Source: Felis catus (Eukaryota). From it: a stretch of DNA of 64,000 nt. Of this stretch, positions 1-12,412 are shown in pieces. The notes under the pieces were generated by a model that did no database searches, was not told the origin of the DNA, and worked only from the letters and a program-made list of their open reading frames with translations. Location: NCBI RefSeq assembly GCF_018350175.1, contig NC_058368.1:183336001-183400000 (forward strand). The letters run 5' to 3'. Numbering within the stretch: position 1 is the stretch's first letter; every line of letters starts with the position of its first letter. The position numbers and the translations under genes are program-made.

Positions 1-193
1 TTAAAAAAAAATAAGATACACTTACTGCACTAAAATAACAAAACAATTATAGAGAAATAATTTTAAAAAGGCAGTGATAGAATCATAAAAATACTGAATT
101 AATCCAGAAAAGGGTGAAAAAAGAAAGAACAAATAACAACAGGGACTAGTGAAAAATAAACAGTTTGATGACACATTTAAACCTAAACATGTC

Positions 194-404
194 GGGGCGC
201 CTGGGTGGCTCAGTCGGTTAAGCGGCCGACTTCAGCTCAGGTCATGATCTCGCGGTCCGTGAGTTCGAGCCCCGTGTCCGACTCTATGCTGACAGCTGAG
301 AGCCTGGAGCCTGTTTCAGATTCTCTGTCTCCCTCTCTCTCTGCCCCTCCCCTGTTCATGCTCTGTCTCTCTCTGTCTTAAAAATAAATAAGCGTTAAAA
401 AAAA
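194..404 (+). mobile_element. Can-SINE (felid SINEC_Fc2-like)
   Basis: ggggcgcctgggtggctcagtcggttaag head with A/B boxes, CT tract, A tail; TSD tttaaacctaaacatg(t/c)c at 176-193 and 405-422. Confidence 0.97.
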
Positions 405-947
405 TTTAAACCTAAACATGCCAATAACTACTTTAAAATAAGTAGTCATAGGGCTCCCAGTTAAAATGCCAAAATTATCAAATTGGATAAAAAAGCATAA
501 TCTGTCTAGGTTCTACCTATAAGTAACATACCTTAAATATGAAATCACTAATAGACACAAAGTAAAAAAAAAAAAATAGAAAGTGATATTAAATACTAGT
601 AGTAATCTAAAGGAAGCTAGAATTGCTATCATAGTATCAGACAAAGACAATTTTTTTTTAGACAAAAACAATTTTAGATCAAGTAAGATTACCAGGGATA
701 TAAAGAGGTTATTTTTATAAATGATAGAGATTGATTAATCAGGAGAATGTAAAATTTCTTAATTCTGTGGCACTAATAACAAAGTTTCAAAATACACGGA
801 ATGGAATGAATACAAAACTTCAAGGATAAATTCATAATAAGAATGAAAGATTTCATCCAGTATCAGATTTCAATAAATGAAACAATAAGTAGGCAGAAAA
901 ATAGTAAAGTTATAGAAAATTTAAACAACCAATCAACAACTCTTTAT

Positions 948-1163
948 TTTTTTTAAGTTTATCATAAATAAATAAACTTTTAGAGAGAGAGAGAGTAGCA
1001 TGAGCAGGGGAGGGGCAGAGAGAGAAAGAGAGAGAGAATCCCAAGCAGGCTCCATACAGTGAATGGAGCTCAAGGAAGGGCTTGATCTCAGGAAGCCTGA
1101 GATCATGACCTGGTCCGAAATCTGAGAGTTGGACACTTAACTGACTGAACCAACCAGGCGCCC
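948..1163 (-). mobile_element. Can-SINE (older subfamily)
   Basis: Reverse SINE ending ccaggcgccc; TSD aacaactctttat at 935-947 and 1164-1176. Confidence 0.95.
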
Positions 1164-2345
1164 AACAACTCTTTATATTGCCATTATGAAACACTCTATC
1201 CAATGACAACAGAACACTCAGTCTTCAGAAGTACATACCAAACATTTACCAAGATATTCATATTGGTTCCACAAGACAAGTCTCATTAAACTTAAAAGGC
1301 CTTAAGGTATACAAAGTTTGTTCTATGACCACAATGGCATTAAATTAGAAATTGAAAACTGAAAAATCTCTGGAAAAAACTCTTGGAATTTGTAAACTAG
1401 ATAAAATATCTTCAAATAACCCATGAGCCAAAAAATAATTAAAAATAAAAAGTGGTACATATTTTGTGCTGAACAAAAATGAAAATATAACTTAGTAAAC
1501 ATGATGGATGTTGATGAAGCAATACTTAGGGGAATATTTACAAAATTAAAAACCTATGTTAGAAAAGAAGAAAGTGTTAGATTAATAACTTCAGTATCAA
1601 TACTGTAAGAAGGTAGAAAAATAAGAGAAAATGAAATCCAACTTAGAAATATAAAGTAATAAAGATAAAGTGGGGGTTACTTGTATATAACACAGAAAAA
1701 TTTATATTTAAAAACCAAAGAAACCCAAAACTGGTTACTTGAGAAGATTACTGAAATAGGCCACTCATTTCCTAAGCCAATCAGGAAAAAAGGAGATGGC
1801 AGAAATGTATCAGTATCAAGAATGAGAGAAGTGGCATTACAACAAAAATTTTACAGAAATGAAAAACACCAAGAAATATTATAAAAACCTTTTTGCCGAT
1901 AAAATTCATGCTTAGATGAAAAGGGAAAAAGTCCTTGAAAGATAAAATTACCAAAGTTCGCTGAAGAAGAAATATAGTAATCAGAATAGCCTTACATCTG
2001 TTAAAGAAATTCAAGTTGTAGTTTATACTTTTCCACAAAGACAATACTGTGGCCCAATGTATTCACAGGTGATTTCCATGAAACAATTAAGGGGGGAAAT
2101 TTTTCCACATTAACTCTTCCAGAATATTGTAAGAAAGGGAATACTTCCCAACTCATTCTATAAAGCTAAAATTACCTAGATACAAAACCTGACAAACACT
2201 ATGCAAGGAAAGTAAACTACAGACCAAATATTCCTTTTGAACATAGATGCAGGAGTTTTAAACATAATTTTAGCAAGTCAGGAATATATATACATGAATA
2301 TACATCATGATTAAATGGGATTTACCCGAAGAATGCAAGGCTGGT

Positions 2346-2451
2346 ATCTGATTCTATGTCTCCCTCTCTCTCTGCCCCTCCCCCAATCACACTCACTCTC
2401 TCTCTTGTTCTCTCTCAAAAAAGGAATAAATGTTAAAAAAATTTTTTTAAT
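2346..2451 (+). mobile_element. 5'-truncated Can-SINE (3' half only)
   Basis: gattctatgtctccctctctctctgcccctcccc..aataaatgttaaaaaa with no tRNA head; TSD aga(a/c)tgcaaggctgg at 2330-2344 and 2452-2466. Confidence 0.9.
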
Positions 2452-2686
2452 AGACTGCAAGGCTGGCTTAACATGCAAAAGATAATATAATTCATCACAT
2501 TAACAAACTGATAGAAGAAAAACATATGATTGTTTCAATAAATACAAAAAAAAATGCCTTTGAGAAAATCCATTGTTCATTCCTGGTAAAAATTCTCGGC
2601 AAACCAGGAATACAAGGGAACTTTCTCAACCTGATAAAGGTCATCTACAAAAAACTACAGCTGACATCATATTTAATGCTTAAAGA

Positions 2687-2809
2687 TTCTTTCCTTTTCT
2701 TTTCTTTTCTTTTCTTTTCTTTTCTTTTCTTTTCTTTTCTTTTCTTTCTTCTCTTTTTCTCTTCTTTTCTTTTCTTTTCTTCTTTCTTTTCTTTTCTTTT
2801 CTTTCCTTT
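2687..2809 (+). repeat. (TTTTC)n polypyrimidine microsatellite inside L1 RT
   Basis: Direct reading. Confidence 0.97.
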
Positions 2810-3039
2810 GCCAATCAGGTCAGGAATAAGGTAAGGATATCCATTTCATCACTTCTATACCACATTCAACCTGAACTAGAGATTCTAACTATATTAATGA
2901 GGCAAGAAAAAGAAATAAAAGGAATGCAAATCAGATGCTAATTTACTTGTGCTAATAATGGGAGCTCAGGGAGCAAACACTTACATAGCCTCTATAGCTT
3001 TAAAACCTGTAGCAATTAATTTTCATATAGTTTATATAA

Positions 3040-3215
3040 CTCATGATCTAAAAATATTTTATTTCAACATATAATCAGTTATTAAATTCTTTTTCAGTAA
3101 GTCTTCAAAATTCAGTGTATATTTCAACTTACACTGTATATTTGATTTGGACTAGCCACATTGCAAGATCTCAATAGTTGCATGTGTCTAGTGAATATCA
3201 TATAGGACAATATAA
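3040..3215. mobile_element. MER33-like hAT-Charlie DNA transposon fragment
   Basis: taagtcttcaaaattcagtgtatattt..ggactagccacattgcaagatctcaatag..catgtgtctagtg resembles the recalled MER33/MER3 consensus. Confidence 0.75.
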
Positions 3216-3848
3216 TTCTAGATTACACTGTCCATTTGCTATCAAACATGTTATAATATTCTTTACTTCCTTAGTGGAATATGCTTTATTTGCTTTCCTT
3301 GAACCATGAAAGCCCTTTTGGTCTGTATTTTGTTTTCCTTATAGATAGTAGTGGTTATAAAGATACATTTCTGTATTTCTCTAAACCCAAACAACAATTC
3401 AGGTTCTTTGATTAAAGATAACTGACTAAATGTCTCATTGTTAGGAGAAAACAGGGAATGGTGGGCCCTGAAGTGAATTCTAATTGCATGCCTGATCTAG
3501 TAGGACACCCATTTGTCAGCTCCAGACTACTGATGGTATTTTAGAAGGCAGATACATTTTCTCTGTGGTTCAAAAGAACTGAGAAGTAGGGAATCTTATG
3601 TAAAGTCATCAAATTTATAAATGTTGATCTTATGTTTGTAAGCAACTTCTCCATGACATACAATATTGGCTGTTTATGTGTCAAGTGCCTGACACTGAGG
3701 CCATGGTTTTCTGAACAATGAAGGAAATTACTGCAAACCCATGGAAAATAATAGATGGAAATGCCAAGATTTGCCTGTATTTATCCCTCAAGATTGTGAA
3801 TACCCCTGAAATAAAGATTCCCTCTTTATTCCTTTTTTACATCACATA

Positions 3849-3849
<1 letters not shown>

Positions 3850-3894
<45 letters not shown>
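3850..3894 (+). repeat. (CA)n microsatellite
   Basis: Direct reading. Confidence 0.98.
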
Positions 3895-3897
<3 letters not shown>

Positions 3898-4794
3898 TGT
3901 GTATAACTTAAAATCTCAAAATTGCAGAAGATATCACTGTATATTTTTTTAACTTAAAATTGAACAAAGTGATCTTTACCCTTGTAGTCTTGATTTTACT
4001 ACATAAAATGGTACCCGCCTTGTTTATACACTTCAAGATTTCATAGAATTCATGTCTATCCACTTGAAACTTCCTTTTTAGGCTAAGTTCTTGTTATTTT
4101 TTTGTGTGTTCTCCTGTAAGTATTTCTGACATGAATATCTCCAGTACCTTGATATTTAATTAGTTTGCTTTTCATTCATTCAATGACCCAGTATATATTT
4201 CTTCATGAATGTGTACCAGACAATAAGCAATATAAGAACAAGGCAAAGGTAAGATTATGTTTTTGATACCATTATCATTCCTTCTCAACCCTGGGGAGGG
4301 AAAGAGATAAACTCTAAAAAGCTGAAAAAAATATATATAGCATTAATTCTCAAGTATCCTACTCTCACTCTTACCTTTGCCTCTTATCTCCTTTCTTTCC
4401 CCTTCTTAAATTTACTGAGTGTTCCCTTCCAAGATTCCACAGAAATATAGGTTCTATTATCCATTACAATAGAAATTAACTCTAAATAATATCAGTTACT
4501 AAGGAACATGGATAATAATTCAGTTCAGAGAAAAACAGTATGTAGACGATTTCATAGTCCCTCATAGTCAACATTGCGTGTTCTTATAACAGCCCTTGAT
4601 TTTGCTTTGGAAAGTCTGTAATGCTTTAACGTTCTTTTCGAGTTACCCCTTCTGATAAAATGACATTGATTGCCAAAGATGATGATGCAATGCTATACCA
4701 CAATTTGTTTTGGATATCCAATAAATATAAACAAACTCTCCCTTTTTACTATAAAAATAGTAAAACAAACAAACAAACAAACAAACAAAAAACT

Positions 4795-5110
4795 TTAGTT
4801 AGGATTGTGTCCATATACTAACAAGAACAAAAACAAACGAACAAGCAAATAAACCCAAGGAACACATATTGTAGTAGCTATAAAACAGGGTATATTGCTT
4901 TTCCTATATAACAAGAAGTCTAATGACAGGATGTATTCGCCAAGAACAACTCAGCACTGTCCTCCAGGAAGCTAGTTTTCCTATCTCACAGCTTTGCCAT
5001 CTTTGTTTGGTGTGTTAGCTTTTGTACTTAGGTTGTCAGTGATTGCTGCTTTTATAGGCTTCATTTCTGTAGCTTGGGCAAGAAGAAAGGGAAGAAGAAA
5101 TCTGTGTAGC
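4795..5110 (-). mobile_element. Highly diverged ERVL/MaLR LTR remnant
   Basis: ttagttaggattgtg..taacaag..aacaagaagtct..ctttgccatcttt resembles reverse old MLT1/LTR33-class LTRs. Confidence 0.4.
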
Positions 5111-5481
5111 AGCTTTTACTTTTTATTTTTATTTTATGCTTTATTTAGGGAAAAAAAAATGATAAATCTTCCCCATGACAACATCCCTTCCTCAGTAGAG
5201 CTATAGTTATGTCTTCTGCATAAAAATTTAGTGTCATGGCCCTCAGGGTACAAGGGAGTTTGGAAAATTGAAAAGAAAGGAAGAAAATAGTTCAAAAAGG
5301 TTGTCCATGAAATAAACTTCAAAATCTGTCACAACTTTGACATTACAAACTATTACCAAGTTATTAGTACTGTTCTCTAACTGCAAAACAATCCTATATT
5401 GATGTTTCACTATAGTTAAGTATGTATTCATTCCCATGATTCCTGCTCATCTTTATAAACCATTCATATAAATTTAAGTTA

Positions 5482-6271
5482 TGTGATGGTTAATTTTATA
5501 TATCACTCAGCTAGCCTATTGTACCCAGTTACTTAATCAATCACTTATCTAGGTATTCTGTGGAGGCATTTTATAGATGTGGTCAAGAGCTATAATCAAT
5601 TATCTTTAAGCAAAGTAGATTACCCTCAATATTGTGGGTGGATCTCATCCAATCAGTTGAAGACCTTAAGAACAAAACTTGAGGTTTCCCAAAGAAGAAG
5701 AAATTCTCGGGCGCCTGGGTGGCGCAGTTGGTTAAACGTCCGACTTCAGCCAGGTCGCGATCTCACGGCCCGTGAGTTCGAGCCCCGCATCGGGCTCTGG
5801 GCTGATGGCTCGGAGCCTGGAGCCTGTTTCCGATTCTGTGTCTCCCTCTCTCTCTGCCCCTCCCCCGTTCATTCTCTGTCTCTCTCTGTCCCAAAAATAA
5901 ATAAATGTTGAAAAAAAAAAATTAAAAAAAAAAAATTAGAAGAAATTCTCCAAAACTGCAGCATCAACGCTTGCATCGGTTTCCAGCCTGGTGGCCCTCT
6001 CTGCCGATTTCAGTCTCAGAACTGTAACGCCATCTTCTGAGTGTCTAGCTTGCCAGCCTGCCCTACAATATGAGACTACAACCCATTCCTTCCTCCAAAT
6101 CACAGAAGACAATTCCTTAAAAGAAATCCTTAAAAGAATTCTCTCTATAGATACATAGATAGGCAGGTAGATAACTAAGTAGGTAGGTAGGTAAGTAGAT
6201 ACAGATAAGATAAATAAAGATATAAATATCTCCTATTGGTTCTGTTTCTCTGGATAATCCTGACTGATACA
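5482..6271 (+). mobile_element. MLT2-type ERVL solo LTR interrupted by a SINE
   Basis: Starts tgtgatggttaattttat, internal ctcatccaatcagttgaagaccttaag, ends tctcctattggttctgtttctctggataatcctgactgataca; mixed TAGA/TAGG repeat near 6147-6225. Confidence 0.9.
5709..5937 (+). mobile_element. Young Can-SINE (SINEC_Fc-like)
   Basis: Diagnostic ggcgcag, cagccagg, gggctgatggctc, gtcccaaaaa; CpGs retained; perfect TSD agaagaaattctc at 5696-5708 and 5938-5950. Confidence 0.97.
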
Positions 6272-8422
6272 AAGTAGATATCCAATTATATAAATAGGCT
6301 CAACTTTTGCAATGTTAAATATGAAAACGAATCAAGTATCTACTAAATATACGACCTAGGCAAATAGTTTTATCTTGTTATGACTTAACTGTATGTTTGC
6401 CAATGTGTCAAAGATGCAACCCATACATAAGAAGATATTACAACTGTGAATTTAATAAAAGGAAATTCACAGAAGCAAATGCATTTACAAAATATAAGTT
6501 ATTTAATGGGTTATTATATTTAATGAAATTAAAACAATGCCTGGCACATAATAAGTATAAAAAGTAGTACATAATAAGTACTATACAAAGTACTATACAT
6601 CTTCTCATTATTATTACAATTATCATCATGATGAGGAAGCATGAAACACATTGACAATGTGATGATTAAAAAGATGGACACCTTTGTTCCTGAGTTGTGT
6701 GGCATATGTTTTAAGGCGATAAACTACCAAATCCACTAATGGAACTAATAGGTTAAGTTTCCCATGTTGCTTGAATTATTTCCCAAGGAAAATTAAATTT
6801 TCTTAATAGAAAATCTAATTTTATTTCCAGTAACTTGAAAATCTTAATTAGTGACACAAAAACCATGTTAAAATTACTTAGATCAGAAATAAACACATCA
6901 TTATACCAAAATAAACAAACTGAAGAGCTACTGTAGTTTAGTTGACATTCCACACACGGTATCTTGATAAAATAAGATAGGAACAGGCAATTTCAAAAGG
7001 AAAGAATTAACATCAATCACATAAATTAAATTGATTAACTTTCATACTTAATCAATCACAGGAATGAATCTTACACAATCTACTGGTGACCTCAGTTACT
7101 TTGTTTAATCATGCACACCAATATCAGTGCAATGCTTGATTTTCCAATTAAAACAACTTTGCAATTAGATCTAATTAACGTATCCCAATTAAATAGGTTA
7201 AATGCAGCAGCATTCAATAAATTTAAGCCCCCTACTTTTCTCATGGTGAAAAGCTTCTCAAAATTGTTTGGATACGTAATCCTTTTGGTGCCAGGGCTTA
7301 ACAAAAGGAGTATGAAAAGGTCAACAGCTTGGCTCGGAAATAACATAAGCCAGATTTGGTAGAAAAGAACAAGCATCCCAAATTTCTCAATTATCTCCTG
7401 GATCATCGTATAAGCCCTTCATGATAGCCCCCTTAACAATTTGCCAATGGAAGCATTTATTAAAGGAATATTTGCCCTTTTCACAAAAGAAGACCTATTC
7501 CCACTCAGAGTTACACAATTTTATAGTTGTTCTTCATAAGTGTTACATGAAGGAAATATGGTTTGTTGGGATTCTGAACAAGTAAACTCTTTCACCTCTG
7601 AAAAGTAATACACGGTAACTTTCCTTTCCAAAGCTTCCTGTAGGAGGAAATGCAGGTAAGAATATTTTGTTTTTAAGCTTTTGACTTACAGAATTCTAGA
7701 CTTTAGACTCTCCCCTCCCAGTTTCCTTTCATGAAGAGAGCCCCTGTTCTGATTAATGTATTGTAACAAGTATCAGTAAGTCCCCTTGGAGAATTCACTG
7801 GTCGCCAGGAGCTCTGAGAAGTCACACCAAGTGAAATCCAACTCTCAGAGGCCTCTGGGGCATGGAAAGAGAGCAATACAGTACTAGCTTCATTCCCACA
7901 CTAAATAAAAGATAGGTATAAAAGAGCCCAGTCTTTCCAGTTAGACCATTCTGCTATATGTGTATTTTACTGTTTGAAATTTTTCTCAAAGTTTCTCTTG
8001 CTTCCACCTTATAAAGGAACCTACAGAACAAGTGAATGTAGTTGTTATATTATAAGCAAGCAGTATTTGATTTTTTTTTTCAGAAGCTACTTTTTACTTT
8101 TTTTTTTTTCAGGAAGCACAAAGTTTATATGTTTGTTTGTTTTTAACCTCCTTTACTCTCTGCCTTCACTCACAATGAGAGTATATTCTAAAAGGAAAAA
8201 AAAGGCCTAATTTAAAATGGTCAATGAACGGATTGCAGTTCAATAAATTTATATATTCATTATGAATACGACTTTATTTTCAAAAGAAGAGAGACTTGGG
8301 TTTTCACATAGTCCAAAACTACATAGTTATTAATGCATCATGCTCTATATGTAAAGGTTGCTCTATATGTAAAGGATCATATGTACAAACTTTGCAATGA
8401 TTTTTTTTTTAAATCAAAAACA

Positions 8423-8647
8423 GGGCAGCTGGGTGGCTCAGTCAGTAAAGCGCCTGACCCTTGGTTTTGACTCAGGTCATAATCTCATGATTCATGGGTT
8501 TGAGCTGCATGCTGTCAGCACAGAGCCTGCTTGAGATTCTCTCTCTCTCTCTCTCTCTCTCTCCTTCTCACTCGGCCCCTCCCCTGCTTGCATTCTCTCT
8601 CTCAAAATAAAGAAACATTAAAAATTACAAAGTAAATAAATTAATAA
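8423..8647 (+). mobile_element. Can-SINE (older subfamily)
   Basis: gggcagctgggtggctcagtcag head, cctgcttgagattctctct, CT tract; approximate TSD aaat(c/a)aaaaaca. Confidence 0.93.
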
Positions 8648-9195
8648 AAATAAAAAACAGATAAACATATTGCAGTGTTCACTTCAGACAGGTTAGAGTC
8701 TATAATTTTTAAATGGAAGTTTTCTATAAACAGGAAAGCAAACTGGGAGAGAAATAAAATCACCCTACACACACCATAATTAGCTATGTATAGACGCAAA
8801 GGAAATAGGGATGGTGTCATTGACTGGTGGAGAGAGGCCACAGAACATGGTGTGATGTACAGACTTAACAGAAATTAGACAAATGAGGGAAGATTATTGA
8901 AAATTATTCATAAAATGTATTTAAAGTACTTAATATTTACACACAAATCCTATACACACACATACACACACACATACACAGTCACAGGCCACAAATAGAA
9001 AGGCTTGGTATCTGCCATTCTAAATGCCTCTAAATGTCTTCAATGGCATGAACATACTATCTTTGTAACTCAGAAATGACTCTGATTTTCACATCAAAGA
9101 CATAGCACTGGATATATCTTCAAGAAGCTAAATATCTGGGATATATTTCTCCTCTTATAAAATAACAATAACAAAAATGAAGAAAAACAAAAACA

Positions 9196-9400
9196 TTTTT
9201 TTTTCTTTTTAGAGCAAGACAGAAAGTGAGTGGGGGAGAGGGAGAGAGGGAGAGAGAGAGAGAGAGAGAGAGAGAATCCCAAGCAGGCTCCACACTCAAC
9301 GTGGAGCCCGATGTGAGGCTCGATCTCACTACCTTGAGATCATGACCAGAGCCAAATTCAAGTGTCAGATGCTCAAATGACTGAGCCACCCAGGCACCTC
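9196..9400 (-). mobile_element. Can-SINE (older subfamily)
   Basis: Reverse SINE ending gagccacccaggcacctc; TSD aaacaaaaaca at 9185-9195 and 9401-9411. Confidence 0.95.
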
Positions 9401-11132
9401 AAACAAAAACACTTTTAAAACCCCTAACCCCTTGCTTCTGATGGCTTCATCTGTCAACAAGCAACGTTTTCAAGAGAACATTCAATTCTAGACCTTCACT
9501 ATTACCTGAAGTACATTTAATGAATGACTTTTCTACCCTCTCCTTGCTCACTAGCATTTGAAGAGACAATTCAATCACTTTTTCAAAATGCACAATTCGT
9601 AAGTGGTCAAGTATCACTGTTAACTAATGCCCTTCCAGTTCTGCAGAAATTATAAATTTGACCAAAAAGAAAGTTTTGGGAGTCACCAGAGTCACATTCA
9701 TATATAATCTCACCAACAAAATGCCCATTTTCTACCTCATTCCAAAAGTTAGATGGAAACCTATCAAAGTCTATTCATCAAGTGACAAGAAAAATGGCGG
9801 AAGAAGTTTTGATTAATAGGCAAACTGAGACACATCTCTATTGAGGTCTACAGTATATGTACACAATGTCTTCCCTCTTGTTTATGAGTACTAAGGACCC
9901 TTTTGTTTAAAGAAATCTCTGTTAAGATGGTTTTCTTCAATTTTGTCAACCTCTTAAAGGAGAAAATAAATCCACATAAGCTGGATACTAAGGTTTGGAC
10001 TTGTTCCATTAGGAGGCTAGAAAATGAGACATTCATTGCAAGGGGACAACGGTGAGCACTGGAGAATAAATACAAAGTCTAAGTAATCTTGATTGGTAAA
10101 GGATCTCCTTAGGGTGATAAGATGAAAGGTCAGATTAATAATAAAGTCGGGAATATATGTTGGATTCCATAATTGGACACCAATTGTCTAAAGACACCAA
10201 CTTTACAGCCAAAGACACCAACTTTTACAGTAAAATTATTAATTTGAGGTTTGAAAATTTTAACTAAATATATAGAGAATAGTACTAATAAGGATAATGT
10301 GAGTAGTGGTATTTTGAGGAGTACTGGTCTTTGTGTGTGTTACCCATATCATAGACTTAGTATTTTCTTATCGATGGTAAAAATAAACAAAATCCAACCT
10401 ATCAAACCAAAATGTCACTTGGTCTTATCAGTTTCACTTTTACATTTATGTGCTTATTAGAATAATACTGAGTTTCATACATTTACAAAGAAATTAGCTC
10501 TCTAAAAATGCCCCCCCCACTTATTACTTAGATTCCCTAAAGACATGTCTCCATGTGGCTCACAATTTAGTGTCACAGAGTCATCAAGTTATGTCTAGAA
10601 TATTCTTTGCCTGCTCTAGAATTCACCTATTGACTGTTAATGCCTTCCAAGTCATTTGAAGGCAAATCATTTCCAATTCAACTTCTGTCATTGCTCATGG
10701 GTCTTAGGAATTAAACACCAGTGGCTACGTCAAGAATCTTATTTCCTTATGTTTCCAACACAGCAGCTTTCGGATGCCGGCCAGAATGGGAGAGTGATGA
10801 GAATACTTCACTTCTCCTCAGATCTATACCATACTTTGTTACAGGGATCATGAAAGAAATCTGCTTTGGCCCAAATTTTTAATAACTCAAAAAAAAAAGA
10901 AATCATTTTTTTTTAAACTGCTTGTCCATACCCTTCTCAATATACAAGTTCAAATCTCATTTGACTAGAGTAGGGAAAGAGAAAATATATTCTCAATTTC
11001 TCTACTTCCATTCTCAAAACTCTGCAAACAAAAATATTCTCAAATAATCAAAAGCAAATGGAAATTTGAGCTGCTGTGGGAGGAGTAAGGAGAGAGATAA
11101 GGTTGCAAGTTTGAAAGGGAAAATGATTTCAT

Positions 11133-11465
11133 CACATCCAAAATCCCTTATCTGGAATCCTTGGGGCTAGATGGGATTCAGAATTCAAAATGTTTTTGAA
11201 TTTAAAAAGAGAGCATCCTATACAATATAACACCACATTAATATGCTAGCAAAATGTATGATTATTCATACTAAAATGTAAAAATAAGACTATATAGTAT
11301 TCCTGTCAGCTCAAGTCAAGGGACGTTTTGACACCAAATGATTCACTAAGGTATATTCATATTTATTTATATTTATATTTATATTTATATTTATATTTAT
11401 ATTTATATTTATATTATTTAAGACTATTTGGATTTTAGAATTACAGATAATAAACTATAGACCTA
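11133..11465 (+). mobile_element. MER46C-like Tc1/mariner-Tigger MITE containing a (TATATT)n repeat
   Basis: Left end aatcccttatctggaatccttggggctagatg..cagaattc and right end ttggattttagaattacagataa..gaccta form degenerate TIRs as in recalled MER46C; hexamer repeat near 11355-11418. Confidence 0.8.
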
Positions 11466-12412
11466 TATCATACCCTGATAGCCTGTTCATGAACCAAATA
11501 ACATTGCCTAACATTGCAGTAAGTTTTTCATTAGTTTGCACAGTGGTGGAAAATGATCTTCTATTAAATGCCATGGGTCTCTTCTTTTTACATAGATAAT
11601 TACTACAGTGTGGTGATTCCTCAAGTGTTTGGAAATTTAATAGTATCTTAAGAATGAAAATATCAGAATTTATTTCACCATCCTTCCCTTAGCTTTAACA
11701 CATTTACACTTAAATTAATTTTCTTCTCATGTTAAGAAAGTAAAATCTACCTTGAAAATTTCATTTGAATATCCTTATATAGTTTTTAGATTTCTATACA
11801 GCAGCTGGATGATAACGTTTTATTGTATCCATGCATTATATAATAGAGACGTATTGGATTTTAGAGGATTTAATAAAATGGTAGAGGCACAATGTCTAAA
11901 AAGAATGGACATAGAGTGAAAGCCTAATGTCTCATATAGAGAGAAAGATTGAATTCTAACTTGTCTGTCTTTGCTGGGGCCTGACTTCCTTTTTGTTAGC
12001 TCAATCCAAACACGACATTTTTTGTGAATATGCATCACATTCATTTTGGATTATTTAATTTAACTTCCTTTCCAGATGAACTAGCTTTATTAAATGCTTG
12101 CCATGGATGGGCACACAGAGTTTATGCAGGCTATAAATATCTATGATTAGTTTGGTATAGTATATTGCAATCTAAGGTGTAGCAATTATGTATAATATTT
12201 TCTCCCAAGCTTGATAAACCATTTGGGAACAACAACAGCAACAAAAAACCTAGAATGTAACTTATGCAAACCCTATGAATGAATGATATTTTCATACATT
12301 CTCTGAGATTCTGGTCAGCAATACAGATACATACAGAATTTCAGTTGTGAGCTGAAGAGAAAAAAAAAGTTTGCCTCAATCTCGTAAAAATGGGTATAAC
12401 GTTAAAAATTAT

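Larger units (their letters stand above)
1..2935 (+). mobile_element. Decayed old LINE-1 fragment (ORF2 endonuclease to start of RT), interrupted by three SINEs and a TTTTC repeat
   Basis: 423-570 resembles the L1 EN N-terminus (ITLNVNGLN..IKR...WIKK). ORF 2526-2834 MIVSINTKKNAFEKIHCSFLVKILGKPGIQGNFLNLIKVIYKK matches the L1 RT motif MIISIDAEKAFDKIQH..GI.G..LN.IK.IY. PIRSGIR and caagaaaaagaaataaaaggaatgcaaatc (QEKEIKGMQI) follow. Many stops and frameshifts. Confidence 0.92.

Noticed and set aside
194..275. tRNA gene (A-box/B-box, GTTCGAG)
   Set aside because: tRNA-derived head of a Can-SINE; the same applies to all other copies
2526..2834. 102-aa ORF as a protein-coding gene
   Set aside because: Decayed L1 RT fragment fused to a TTTTC repeat
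7092..7406. Overlapping 104-aa and 83-aa ORFs on opposite strands
   Set aside because: No recognisable protein family; better explained as non-coding sequence
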